64,000 nt of DNA. Source: Camelus ferus. Lineage: Eukaryota. Under the pieces are notes generated by a model, which saw only the letters and a program-made list of their open reading frames with translations, made no database searches and was not told the origin of the DNA. Position numbers and translations under genes: made by a program. The stretch spans positions 4,528,001 to 4,592,000 of the forward strand of contig NC_045698.1 in NCBI RefSeq assembly GCF_009834535.1, written 5' to 3'. Every line of letters starts with the position of its first letter. Positions within the stretch are counted from its first letter, which is position 1. This document shows, in pieces, positions 37,431-50,800 of this stretch.

Positions 37431-37724
37431 TATTGTCTTGAATAATGATTAGGAGTTCACATGGTAAATAAGGAAGGAAGGAAAAAAGTATTCCCAGGGC
37501 AGTGAGGACAGAGATGCTCGAGCATGTTCACTAGAGGGAATTCTAGATGGATGCTGAACTGGGTCAGCAGAAAGAGGATGGAATGACAGCAGGAAAAAGC
37601 GATAAAGAGTCCATGTGTACAGATGGCAGTTTAAGATATTCTTCTGTCAGTGATATGGAAACAGGAATTTTAAATAACAGAAATAATATGTTGTAATATC
37701 ACCTTTTAAAATACTTCACAGGAC

Positions 37725-38100
37725 ACAAGTTGAGAGACTGTCCGAAGTGCCTAACTAGTATTCTTCAAATATGTCGAGGTCATGAAGGACAAGGGAAGAC
37801 TGAGGAGTTGTCATAAATGTGAGGGGACCAAGGAGACAACACAACCAAATGAGACGTGGGGCCCTGGGGCCCTGGGTTGCATCCTGGAACCGTAAAATAA
37901 AAAAAACAAAACAAAAAAACCCTAAACCTGCATAGAAAACCTGGTGACATTTCAACAAGATGCATAGTTTAGTCAGAAGTGCCATACCAGTGTTAATATC
38001 TTGGTTTTGGTAATTGCACAAAAGCTATGTGGGAACTCTCTATTGTTTTGCAAGTTTTTAATGATCATCTAAATTTATTACAAAATAAAAGAATTTAAAA
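37725..38100 (+). mobile_element. Old L1 3' UTR (L1MC/ME-like)
   Basis: cttcaaatatgtcgaggtcatgaaggacaagggaagactgagg...gggaactctctattgttttgcaa-like...caaaataaaa. Confidence 0.75.
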
Positions 38101-38654
38101 ATACATCACAGGGCATGGTATCAGATTTAACATCTATGCAGGTTTCAGGGAGTTCTGCCAAAAGGGCCGTGGGCAAGGGTGGGAGGCAGGTGGAATCCTT
38201 GCCATCAAACTATCCCATGGGTTGTTAAGTTGAGACCTCAGAGTCTAGGGTACCACATGCCCGTGAACACGTATGGGTTATGAGCCCAGACTCACATGAA
38301 TGCCAAGGGTGACTTGATATTCAGTCTCAGAGATTGGGCTGGTGATTCTTTAATCTTTTTGGGGCTTAGCCAAGATTTATCCCTGGAGCTGAGACATGGT
38401 AGCCACGGAGGTGGAAGGCACTGATGTAGGTCAGGAGAAGGAGTCTGTCTTTCACCAAAAAGGTTGAGTGACGGACAAGATTCAGTATTCGGAACACTTA
38501 GGATCTGATCCTGTCAAGCCAGAAGGCAGATTTCATGAACTTGGGTACACGGTACCTTTTATAACCACTCTTCATGGTCTTTGGTCCAAAACCCGTGTGT
38601 GAGCTGGGCCAGCACTGAGTGTGTTCCCTTCTCACAGCCCTCCCCTGTTACACT

Positions 38655-38800
38655 GATTTAGTAGGTATTCCTGTGCCCCCTCTGTGCCAGGCATTGTGCT
38701 GGGTTCTGGGAGTATCTGGGTGAGCCAAACAGACATAGCTCCTGTGTTTATGGAGTCTCAAGTCCAATGGGGTTCAGTTATTAAACAAGCAATTACACAA
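38655..38800 (-). mobile_element. L2 3' fragment
   Basis: ctctgtgccaggcattgtgctgggttctggg...acagacatagctcctgtgtttatggagtctcaagtccaatgggg. Confidence 0.65.
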
Positions 38801-38929
38801 CTAAGGACTCTGTGATGCTGCTACAATTACAGTCTGTAAATTTCCTGCCAAGCATTTCTCCAAAGACCAGCATCTGTTTAGTAGGATGAAAGGGCAGTGG
38901 AGAAAGGGAAATTCTCAGCTTGTGTGGAT

Positions 38930-41000
38930 CACTAGACTAGACACTGGTTGTGAATTGATGCTAATCTGTGGGAATAATAATGTCACTGTGTTTTACCAAA
39001 GTGAAGGCTTAAGTTGGTCAAATAATAAATGGGGTTTGGACCAAGTTCCATAGTAGGTGCAGTTGGCCCATGGGCCCGCTTTGCTGTTATTCTCCAGTGC
39101 TTGGCAATAGTAATTGAATATATACAGTCAGTGACTGGAAGATTATGCATCTTGGGTCCCAGATGCTTGTATTGTAAGAAGCAACTACTGTAAGTCTCCT
39201 GAGCGATTCCTTCCTTCTAGGACCATAAACCAAAAGCAACACCATGTCCCTGGGTGAATGACAGAGATTAGTATGATCATCAAAGATTTGAAGGATGGAG
39301 GGATGGTGATACTGGTAGTATTTCTGTAGTAAGTTTTGACTAGGTTACTCTTTTTGAGCCACCTGAGAGACTACTATATCCCCTTTATACTTACCTGTTG
39401 GACTTTTCGGAAGGTGACTGGACTATGGAGCACCATAAACTTAACTACATGGTAACTCCAGTAGGAGCTGATCCTTCAGACGTTACACCTTTACTGGAAG
39501 GTATCAGCACAGCCCCTGGCATTTGATACATAGCTATTGATCTGACAAATGCTTTTATTTATTTGTTTGCAACTAGCAAGAACCAGAAGAAGTCTGCTTT
39601 TACTTGGCAGGGCCAACAATATACCTTCGCAGTCTTGCCTCAGCATTGTATTCACCTTTCTCCTTTGCCATAATCTAGTCTATGGAGAACCTGATTATTT
39701 TGATATCCTGCAGAACATCATGCTGACCCTGGACGTTCCTGGAACTATGCAGACTGGATTTGATCAGGAAACAACAATACCTTCAGTGCTATCTTAGCCA
39801 GCTCGGGCTGCCATAACAAAATACCACTCCTAGACAGCTTAAACAGCAGAAATTTATTTGTTCATTTCTGCAAGCTACAAGGTCGAGATCAAGGTGCCAG
39901 CAGGGTTGTTTTCTGGCAAGACCTCTTTTTCTCGTTTGCAGATGGCTCCCTTCTCCCTGTCTCCTCACCTGGCCTTTCCTTTGTTCAGGTATGGAAAGGG
40001 TGAGTGCTAATGTCTCTTCCTCTTCTTAAAAGGACACCAGTCCTATAGGATTAGGGCCAACCCTTATGACCTCATTTAACCTCAATTACTTCTTTAAAGA
40101 CCTCATATTCAAGTGTAGTCATATTGGGGGTCAGGGCTTCAGGGAATGAATCAGGGGGAGGGCACAATGCAGTGTATAACAGACGTCCTGCTAAGACGGG
40201 TGAGAGACAGATACCAGGGAAACTCACGGGCCCATTGTCTTAATAGAGCTCCGAGGCATCTAGTGGTCTAGAGCACAGCAGGGTGTTCTTTTCAAGGATA
40301 AAGAGAAGTTGCTGCATGTTGTTCTATCTACAACTAAAAAGAGGTCCAATACTGAGGGGCTTCCAGATTTTGGAGGCAACATGTACCACATTTGAGTGTG
40401 TTATTCCAGCTCATCTACAGAATAACCTGAAAGGCCATCAGCTTTCAGTGGGGTTTCGGACCAAGAGAAGGTTCTGGAGCAGGTACAGGTTATGATCCAA
40501 ACTGCACTGCCACCTGAGCCTCAGGACAGGGCAGATCCAGTGGTGCTCCAAGGGTGTGGCCTCTCCGCCAAGCCCGACACAAGAATCACAGGACAGAACT
40601 GCAGACTCTGGAGCAAAGACCTCTCTTCTGCAGAGCGACATTCTCCTCTTTGAATAAAAGCACCTGGCTTGGTACCAGGCCCTGGGAACTATGGAACTTT
40701 GGATCAGTGTCTGGGAGACCTGAACTCTCCGTTCTGGACTAGGTGCTATCCCACCTACCAAGTTCAGGTGAGCGCATCAGCACGTCATTGCCAAGTGGAT
40801 GTTGTGTCTGTGCACTTGGAATCCAGCTGGTGCAGAAGACATATGAAAGCTGCATTAGCATGTGGTTCCAACTCTGACCCCTGTCCCTGTTAAGTCACCT
40901 CCTTTTCCTTGTGGGAAGTTCGTTGCAACTAGTTGAGTGGGAAGGAGACACCCTCAATTGCTTTATAGTTGGTTCTGCACAACGTGGAGGAGCCCTTGAA
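38930..41000 (+). mobile_element. ERVL (class III) internal pol relic: reverse transcriptase / RNase H region, degraded
   Basis: Fragments translate to INQKQHHVPG*MTEISMIIKDLKDGG, HKLNYMVTPV...IAIDLTNAF, AFTWQGQQYTFAVLPQ, LCHNLV and FWRQHVPHLSVLFQLIYRIT, matching ERV-L pol in order. Many stops and frameshifts. Confidence 0.88.
39790..40181 (-). mobile_element. MaLR LTR (MLT1A/MST-like) inserted in the ERVL pol
   Basis: tatcttagccagctcgggctgccataacaaaatacca...cccttatgacctcatttaacctcaattac...gtgtataaca. Confidence 0.88.
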
Positions 41001-41934
41001 GTGGACACCAGCCCAATCAGGGGAGTCCCAATCACAAATGCTCAACTCTGATGTCCTAACACAAAAGCAGCCAGAGACAACATGGACCAAACCCACATGG
41101 CTGGGTCCCAGTACAGCTTTATTTATGAAGGCAGGAAGTGGGCTGGAACTGGCCCACAGGCCATAATTCTTGACCCCCTATCTAAGGGAGCCAGACCACG
41201 ATTCGGATGATAAATAAGATGAAGAAGATGAGTCACTGGCCATCAAAAAGACTCCATCACCTTTCGGAGAATATTAAAAACCACTTCGAGGTTTTTATTA
41301 TGTCTGAGGCACCTATTTGCTATGAATTATTTCATACCTGCATTGAAAAGGAAATCTTAAATGTACTCTTCATTTTTAAGAAGACTTGAAAATACTCTTA
41401 AGACATATTTTATTGAAAATAATCTAATATGTGGACACCCATAATAAATTAAGTGGTGATTGTTCTCAAAGAATAAGTAATTCTTTGCTTTTCAAGGAAA
41501 TTGCTTTTGAATTTCTTTAAATATTTATATCCCTGCCTGAATTTACTGGGCTGGATCCGGCGACTACAATTTCCAGTCAAGGTGGTGAGTGAGTAGGGGA
41601 ACATTTTTAACCTGGCAGATTATAGCTACTTGGTTTCAAAACGGAGAAAGGAGAGACAAATGTGTGTAGCAGGGCTTTTTTGAGACTTGAGCCGCTGGGT
41701 GCGCTTGTGTGTATATCTGGGTGCGTTCTCTCATTGCCTCCCTCCAGTGTAGAGCTGCCACTGTCCTGGAGCTGGTCTTGGCCGCTGCGGCAGGCCACGT
41801 GGTGAGCTAGCACACCGGACACCCGGCACCCAGGGGGGGGGCGCCCCAACCATGGCACCCCTCCTCAAGGCCAGGTTAGAGTCCCGTTCTCGCATCTCGC
41901 CCATCCCTGGCAGTGGCCCAGGCGGTTGCAGTAA

Positions 41935-42900
41935 GAGTCAGGAGTTCTGGACAGGCTCCCGGCCCCACCACTCACCAGCTACGGGACTCCTCACACTCCT
42001 GGTTTTTTTTTTAATTGAAGTACAGCCTGTTTACAATGTTGTGCCAATTTCTGGTGTACAGCATCATGTTTCAGTAAGACATATACAGATATTCGTTTTC
42101 ATATTCTTTTTCATTATAGGTTACTACAAGATATTGAATATAATTCCCTATGCTATACAGTAGGACCCTGTTGCTTACCTATTTTATATATAGAAGTTGG
42201 TATCTGCAAATCTCGAACTCTTAGTTTATCCCTTCCCACCCCACAACCCAGTAACCATAAGTTTGTTTTCTATGTTTGTGAGTTTATTTCTGTTTTGTAA
42301 ATAAATTCGTGTCTTTTTTTTTTTTATTTCACATATGAGTGATATCATATGGTATTTTTCTTTCTCTTTCTGGTTTACTTCACATAGAATGATGATCTCC
42401 AGGTCCATCCCCATTGCTGCAAATGGCATTATTTTATTCTTTTTATGGCTAAGTAGTATTCCATTGTATAAATATACCACAACTTCTTTATCCGGTCCTC
42501 TGTCGATGGACATTCAGGTTGTTTCCATGTCTTGGCTATTGTATATAGTGCTGCTATGAACACTGGGGATGCATGTATCTTTTGAATTAGAGTTGCCTCT
42601 GAATATATGCCCAGGAGTGGGATTGCTGGATCATATGGTAAGTCTATTTTTAGTTTTTTGAGGAATTTCCATACTGTTTTCCATAATGGCTGCACCAGAC
42701 TACATTCCCACCAATAGTGTAGGAGGGTTCCCATTTCTCCATATCCTCTCCAGCATTTATTTATTTTTAATGAAGACCATTCTGACTGGTGTTCATACGT
42801 CTTACTGCTCTAAGCCTTGGTTTCCTCATCTGTAAAGCGGAAACAAGACTAGTTCCCTTGCAGAGTTGTTCTTCTGACTAAATGGGACAGTATCTGAATC
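41935..42900 (+). mobile_element. MIR SINE split by an L1
   Basis: The left part is aagagtcaggagttctgg...ccactcaccagct. The right part is taagccttggtttcctcatctgtaaagcggaa. Confidence 0.6.
42003..42792 (-). mobile_element. 5'-truncated L1 (ORF2 end plus 3' UTR)
   Basis: ORF 42429-42734 reads [21 protein letters not shown]...[11 protein letters not shown]. Poly-T at the left end. Confidence 0.93.
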
Positions 42901-43696
42901 ACCAAAACAGGGACCCCTTGGCAAGGTGGCCCTTCGCTCAGCTCAGGGTCTGCCCCTGGTATTAATTAAGCCTTCTTCGGTGAACTTGACCTCTCATCAA
43001 CTTGCCTCCTTTGAAGTAACAACACTTGTCATTTATACAGTGTGAATTCAATGGGTTTTTCCATGATTGTTTCTCGTGTTCTCCCCCTAAGAGATAAGTG
43101 GCAGTGAGGGCCGTGCCATGCACCTGTGTTTTCCTGATCACACACAGGAGAGCGGCCTGTTTCATATTTGATACTGGCAATAAACAGCTATTTTTATTTC
43201 AGGGAGGTGAGCAATTATTTTCCTTCCTCCCTCCCCAGCTCCTTCTTCCTTCATTCATTCCCTCCTTCCTTCTTTCCTTCAGTTCTTCCTTCCTCCCACC
43301 TTTTTGGACACAGGGCAGTGGCGCAATGGGTTTCTGCTTGGGTGGTGACAGCTCGGACTGCCCACCTTGGGTCTGGGGCTACCCTCCATCCGCACGCTCT
43401 ACAAAGGCTTTCTGCATCCTTCCAGGGGTGACTCCCGGCCCCAGGATGGAAGGGCTCTCGGAAATCTCTGGAGATGGGGACTCGGCCGCCCTCCCTTCCC
43501 ACGGGGAGGCTAGCGTGGAGGCCGGTTCCCTTACACCCAAACCAACATCAGCGACTTCGCCTGCTCCCCACCCACCTTCGTTGGCCTGGAAGGCTCTCCC
43601 CTCCCCTCTCCGTGGCTGCCTCCTTCTCACCTGTCCTGCCTTTGCCTTAATGGCACCTTCTCGGAGAGGCCCACCCAACTCCCCTGCATCTGAGGG

Positions 43697-44095
43697 GGTA
43701 TTGGGGGCTGAACTGTGTACCCCCCAAAAAAAACAACTCATACATTGAGCCAAACCTCCAGTACTTCAGAATGTGGCTGTGTTTGAAGACAGGGCTTTGA
43801 AGAGGTGATGCATTAAAATGAGGCCATGAGGGTGGGTCCTAACCCAGTGTGACCGGTGTCCTCAGAAGAGGAGATTGGGACCCAGAGAGACACCAGGGAC
43901 GGATGCCCCAAGGCAAAGCCAGGTGAGCGGGAGCGGGGCCCCTGCAGGCCCAGGAGTGAGGCCTCTGGAGAAGCCCAGCCTCAGACACTTCGATCTCAGA
44001 CCTCCGGCCTCCAGAGCTGTGATGGCAGGATTGCTGCTGCCAGAGCCGCCCCGCCTGGGGTGTTCTGCGACAGCAGCCAGAGCTGACTAAGGCAG
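43697..44095 (+). mobile_element. MaLR LTR (MLT1B-like)
   Basis: gggctgaactgtgtacccccc...cagaatgtggctgtgtttgaagacagggc...gggtgggtcctaacccagtgtgaccggtgtcct...gactaagg. Confidence 0.85.
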
Positions 44096-46149
44096 TGCCA
44101 CCCCCAACGCCAGGCCCCAAGAGCTCCATCCTCGCCTGAATCAGACATCTGGCCCAACCGCACGTTGTCTGTGAGCGCACTGACTCAGGAGCTTCTCTCT
44201 AAGGCCTCCGCGTGAGGCAGGGCCGCCCCGCTGACTCAGCCAGAAGGCCCCGAGAGACGACAGCCAAGTGGTGATGCGTCGCTCATTCTCCCCTGAGCAG
44301 GAAGGCCCAAACCTCCAACGTACAAAGATATCCCTGTGGGTTATTCAGTTGCCTGATTCCTAATCGCATCTTGATTGATTTTTCGAAGGCACTCAGCTTA
44401 TTCACTTGGCTTTGAACCTACTTGACATCCGTGATGGTGATTTTCATCCTTTTTGGAAATGTTCAGTGCAGCGTTGCTCGATGTTGAATCACTTTCCCCC
44501 AACGTACTCAATTTTAAGAAGCCTTATAACACTGCTGTTGAGTTAAATTGTTCTCAAGAGCTTTTTATGATCGTCCGAGAGGTAATTTCTGTTAAGCCCA
44601 AATCAAAAAAAAAAAAAAAAAAAAAAAAAAGCACAGGAATGGGAGAAGAGTTAAGCAGCTGGGTTTGGAAATTGTGACACTCAGCTTGGACTGTCTGTGG
44701 ATAATTTATGTTATAGAAAATGTCTTAGGTCTTTCTTGCAATCCTTTTGAACCGTAACAAACAGGCTCAGGTTACTGGTGTTTTGAACTTTACAAAGTGG
44801 CTGAAGGATTCTCATGACTGCCCAGGATTCTCAAGACTTCCTCCGAGAAGGCTTCCTTGACCTTCCTGGGGTGTAGGAACATTCCTCCCCCCTCCCCAAC
44901 TCTGGAGCAACCATGGCACCCTGAGGCTAACCTATCTCTGCCGTCACTTCCCCCCACCCCCGGAGGTGGTTGTGGTTTGCTTGGCCGCCTCCCCCATCTG
45001 ACTGTGGGTTCTGGCTTCCTGGTCCTCACATCTGCAGGCCCTACTGCAGGGCCAGCCCCAGCAGGCACTCAATGGACACGAAGGGTGGATTAATCCACCG
45101 GGAAAGGAAGAGTAACACACGTGGGGGTTTGGAGAGAAGGAATCTGCCATGCTAAACGTTAGCGCCCCTCTGGTCCGACCCCAAGTACATGGCAGCAGAC
45201 AGAACCCAAGGAAGCCTCTGTGACTGATGGCAGCCCCCCGGGGCTGTGGGGTGAAGGAAGAGGAGCAGGTGGCCCCTGCTCTTCCCGCTAAAGCAGGCTC
45301 GCCTCCCTGGCCTGCCTCCAACACCCCTTAGCTCAGCCGCTACACAATTCCTGAAGCCCCACCTGCCTGGGACTGTTATAAACTCTCGTTATGAATTACT
45401 CTCAAATTAAAATTTTGTATCTCACACTTCAAACTTCAATGCATTTTGAATTGATTTCTGTATAAAATGTGAGATAGGAAATCTAATTCAGTTTCTCCAA
45501 ATAATTAGTCATTCAGACAAGTGTTTCTCTGACTACTGTGATTGTGACATGCCACATTTTTACAAACACTTGAGTATGTTTCTAAAGGTTCTTCCTGTTC
45601 TGTTAAAATTAAAATAAAAATTAAAATTGCATGAGCTCACTGCTTAAAATAAATCTTTTTATATCCATTTGTCTATCTACCCATCCACCCTACTGATTCT
45701 ATTTCTCTGAAAAACCCTGACTGATACAGGTACATATTTAAAATATAACGCAAATATCAAAACAAGTGTACCCGTACAAGGAACAGACTTTCTGATAGAA
45801 CCGTCCATTTGACTTTCTCTGTCAACCGAATAAAATTCATTAGAGAATTGACTGTCATGTTAGTGAAAATCAAGTCACTAACAAGTAACTGATACTTCCT
45901 GGCCACAGACTATATTTCTAATTTAATTAGGAAAAGCTTTTGATATGCAATGATGTTAATATATGATTTAACTTTCTATCACTTATGCATATGAACATTG
46001 TAGCCTTGACTTTCATTATTGAATCATGTAGTTTCGAGGGAAAAAGTAATATCTTGCTATGGTTACTGGGGAGGGGTCTGTAGATCTGGGGATAAAGTCA
46101 CTCTCTGAGAGTGATTCTAGGCAGAGTCAAGAGAAGCCAAGGGGACTGG

Positions 46150-46640
46150 CTATGAGAAGACACTTCAGATCCAAGATGCTTAAATCTGGAGCTGCTGGTC
46201 CTCCCGAGAATCCTCCCCCAACCCGGTAGGCCCCATCTGTGCTAACAACGGCACCTCCATCTTTCCAGTTGCTCAGACCAAAAAAACTTGGAGTCACCCT
46301 TTATTCCTCTCTTTCTGTTTTACCTCTAGCTCTTCCCTCCCTGGGCACCCAGCACCCAGCCCCTTCCAGCATCCCTGCTGCTGACACCTCGGTCCCAGCC
46401 ACCATCACCTCTGCCTCAAGTTCAACTGTAACAGCCTTGCTCCTGCAGACTGAACCTCTGCATCCCCCGAAATTCATGTGGTGAAAACCCCATGCCAAAG
46501 TGATCCTGGTAGGAGGTGGGACCTTCGGGTGGCGATCAGGTCACAAGGGCGGAGCCCTCACAAGTGGGGTCAGTGTCTTTATAAAAGAGGCCCCTGAGAA
46601 CTCCCTGGCTCTTTCTGCCGCTGGAGGACGGGAAAAGTCT
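46150..46640 (+). mobile_element. L2 fragment followed by a partial MLT1A-like LTR
   Basis: L2-like ccagttgctcagaccaaaaaaacttggagtcaccctttattcctct, then MLT-like cccccgaaattcatgtggtgaaa...agtgtctttataaaagaggcccctgagaactccct. Confidence 0.65.
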
Positions 46641-47707
46641 GCGACAGAGAAGAGGGTGAGTGTGCATGAGTGAGTGTGTGTGTGTGAAGTTGGATGCCCC
46701 TCGGTGGCATTCTGACTGGCACATCGTCCCCATGGTTGGTCCTGCATGTCCCCCGAAGCAGACCTGTGGTTGTGAAACACTGCACCTCACCCCCTGCCGG
46801 CCCGGCAGCCTGCGGCTCCTTTCCACAGAGCCCGGTGGTCGGGGAGGAGCAGACACATCAGGAGGGCAGTTCTCAAGCCCAGTGCTCCGTGACCGGCCCC
46901 TTGACCCCTTCAGTAGGGAAAGGACAAACGGAAGAACCACAGAGCCCAGCACACTCACACTCCCTCTTGAACATGCACGCACACCCACAACAGGCTCAGA
47001 TGAGTGCCAGATGCACCTGCCTCATAGGGACCAAACGCAGAGCTGCCCCCACTAATCTGGGAACTAATTTGAGAACCCTCTGCCTCAGGGCCATGCTAAT
47101 GTCTCTTTTTCCCGGGAAAGGCCAATATTTCATCTTTTCCTCGGGTGTTTGAAATACCACCTCTTTTCATTTACTAGATTCCGCATCTTCCGGGCTCTGT
47201 TTCGGCATGTCTCTATTTCGCTTATGAATTTATGAGATACAAGGTGCTTGGAACACTTTTACCATATTGTTTCGTACCTGGAAGGAGAAGTCCCTTTTAA
47301 TTATTTTTCTTTAAAATTTAAAAAAAAAGCTTCCATACATTTATTCTGTAATTTTGTGTCATTTTTAGTTCATCCTACTTTAATTTGTAGCCAACAGAGG
47401 TGATCAAAACAACCCACAGTACACTTTGCCAGTGTGTAGTAAACGCTCAGGTTTTCTTGGCTCAGAGCATTGAAGTGAGTCGTATGAACACGCGCTCCCG
47501 CTGGCAAGGGCAGACAGCAAAAGCCCAAGCCCGAGGATGAGAAAAATCATGCACACAAGGTCGTGAGCATGGGGCTCAATGTGAATCATGAACTTATTCT
47601 CCAAAGGTAAGATTTAGAAACTGAAAAACAGTGAAGCTAAATGAGTGGGTATTGGGTGCCAGATTAAATGTGGAGACGTGGACAGGAGGAGATTGGGGCA
47701 AAATCAG

Positions 47708-47785
47708 TGTGGTGTGTGTTTGTGTGTGTGTATCTGTGTGCAAATGGTGCGTGTGTGTGCACGTGCGTGTGTGTGCCTGTGTGTA
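47708..47785. repeat. Degenerate (TG)n microsatellite
   Basis: Seen directly. Confidence 0.85.
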
Positions 47786-47859
47786 CTTGGGGAATTGGGT
47801 GAGATGGGGCAATAGATGAACTCCGAAAGTAACATTCACATCTTCACTCTGAGCATCAG

Positions 47860-50800
47860 GGAAGGCTAGCTCAGAATTTTATGTTAAAAATCAACAATTT
47901 CTAGAATTAAAAGTCAGGATATCCAACTTCAAAATATAAAGCTCCTCCACACCAGCAAGAAAAAAAAAATTAAAAGGAGAGAAGAAAGAACAAAGAAATA
48001 GAAGAAATCCAAAGAACAAGAAAATGGAAGCAAGCAATTACTTCTCAACTAGAATAAACAATGTAAATAGAGTAATACCCCAGAGTAAGAAAGGAACCTT
48101 TCAGAAAATCCCTTAAAACGAAATATAAGCAAGTACTATTGATGAGACATGCCTACAAAAAGCTGATACCAACAGGTGGAGAGTTGAAGGAAGACTCTAG
48201 GCACAGAAGGGTTCCAGTTTTGTTCCCATCCGAGATTCTCTTGCCACTGTGGCATTTTGCATTTCTGTATACGTTTGGAATCAGCTTGCCAAGTGTCGCG
48301 ACCATAAACATGCTAGGATTTTACCTAGGATTGGGTTCAACCGCAGGTCACGTTTAGAGGCCTGGACCCTTACGATACTGGTTTTCCTTTCCCAGTCTAT
48401 GCAAATGACCTACCCTTCCACTCACACAGGTCTGTTTTGATTTCCCTCAAAAATGTTTCATCATTTTCAGTGTAAAACTCTTGCATATATTTTGACATAG
48501 CTACTTCTCTGTGTCTTATTTTATGCGATTGTCAATGAGACATTTTTCAGATTTTATGTTCTACTTGTTTATTGCTGGTGTGGAGAAATACAGCTTGGTT
48601 TCATTGCTGTATTGGTTTTGTATTCAGTCACTGTGCTACATTTGATTATTAATTTGAATACTTTATAGACTTCTTTGGCTTATCTATGTATACAATCATG
48701 TCACCAGAAAGTAATGTGTTTTTTTTTACTTCTTTATAATTCTTTTGCCTTTATTTTTCTTGGTTTGTCACATACGTAATACCTACAGGATGATGGTGAA
48801 TTGTGGAACATCGTTGTCTCCTTCCTGATCTTGTGGGAAAAGTTTCAATATTTTATCATTAAGAGGTTTACTTCAAGTTTTTTACTAACGCTTTTTATTA
48901 CATTAAATAGGATATCCTATTCTATTCCTGGTTTTCAAGATTTGTTTTTTTTTTAAATCATGAATAGGTGTTAAATCTCATAAACTGTTTTTTTCTGAAT
49001 CTAGACGATCATACGATTTTTCTTTTTTATCTTAACGTGGCAAATCAGGTAGATTGATTTCAAATGTTACATCTTTTATTGTAATCAACTCAAATTTGAG
49101 CTGACATATTGTCATGTTTACATGTTGCTAAATTCTGGCTCTGAGTCCCACTCATCGTCCTGCCTGCTGGCCCCACTGATCGTGCCCGGACGTCACCAGC
49201 AGGCACTTGGTGGTGGCCCTGCACTTGTGGCTGTATTCAGAGGCAGCACCTCCCTTGAGGCCGAAGTCTCCCTGGACCTCGCTAGGGGTTCTCCCTCCAT
49301 GGTCTCCCTTTGGAGGCTGGACATGCGAGTTCCCATATGGCCACCAGCTCCCAGCCCTGGTGCATCCAGTGGGCTGGTGAGTGACTGCTTCTCAATCCTC
49401 TGTCCCCTTTCGCAGATCTTCACTCCCTGAGCCCCTCCCACACCTATCAGCCCTAGTTCCTAAAATGAGCTCCTTGTTCTCAGAATGCTCTCAGTGTCTC
49501 TGTTTTTCTGATGGAGTGCTGACTCACCAGCAAGAAGAGGGTTTAGCAGAGCACAGGAGGAAGTCATTCGTTACTGTTAGATTGTACGGCTCATAATGAA
49601 TATGTAACTTTAATGACGCTTCAGTTGCCAAACAACAGCTTAAAAACAAAAGGCAGTAACTAGAAATACAAAAAAAGAAATTGATAGAAAAATAACTTCA
49701 TGCTATAGAAACGTGTGAAAACACTCATGCTTTGCTAGAAAGAGGCAAATAACTCAAACGGATTTGATAAGAAATAGGAAACCAGGAAAGAACTCTTGAA
49801 ATTTTAAAAGTTATCAAAAATGTGTCTTCAATAATGTTGCTGTAGCGAGATAATTTACAAATCGTTATCATGAAATCTTTAAGAAACAAACGTCACTATT
49901 CAAACTACGTGAGTCTCACAGATGCCAAACTTTAATAAAATATTAATGTCTATTGTCTGGTAGTCTATTCAGTAATAATCCTCCATGTCTGAGTATGTTT
50001 TATTGCTGGAATGTAAGGGTGACTTAACATAAATGAAGCTAGCCTATAATTCTTGAACGAGTAAATAGGTCAAAGTAGAAAGACTACATGATTGTTGATA
50101 TATATTAAAAAAGGTGGTGGATAATATTCATTTGTAAATTTAAAAAAGCTTCTATAACTAGAAATAGAATGCCATGTTCTTAAAAATCTAACAACCAATT
50201 GGAAATCAGCAATTAAAGTATATTCAGCAGTGAAAAAATATGGGCACTCCCATTAAAATCGAGAACAAGAAAAATGCCTACAGTGACTGACAAGGTTCAT
50301 CACCGACTTGAACATTTTAGCCAGCAGAATAAGACGAGAAAAACACAAAACTGCACTCTGCAAAGTAGGAGACGATTTTGTCTGTTTTTATAGGCAGTTT
50401 GATTGCCTGAAGAGCCCAAGAGAATCAACTTATTAAAACTAATGGGGAACAAGCTCAGGTTGAGTGGCTGGTTAGCAATCCGATACACAGGGATCAGTAT
50501 CTTTTTTTTTTTTAACCTCGTGTGAAACTAACCCACACGCTGTCTAGCAGACTACACGCACTGTGAGGGCAGCTCCAGCTCGACCGTCCCTCCTCTTACG
50601 ACTGCCGAGACCAGGGTTCAGATCAGATGGGAAAGGGAACCCGAAGGTCGTTAGAGCAATATCTTTCTGACATAGCAGCAATAACCTGTAACGTTAAAAA
50701 ATCATCTACATATTTTCAATTAAAAATTACTAGCAATGACCTTTAAAAGAATGTGCAGAGTCACTGTGGAGTGTCTACTGGTGCTTTAATTCAAGACATA

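Noticed and set aside
43098..43753. 216-aa ORF
   Set aside because: It runs through a (TTCC)n-like tract and into an LTR, with low-complexity composition and no homology I recognise.
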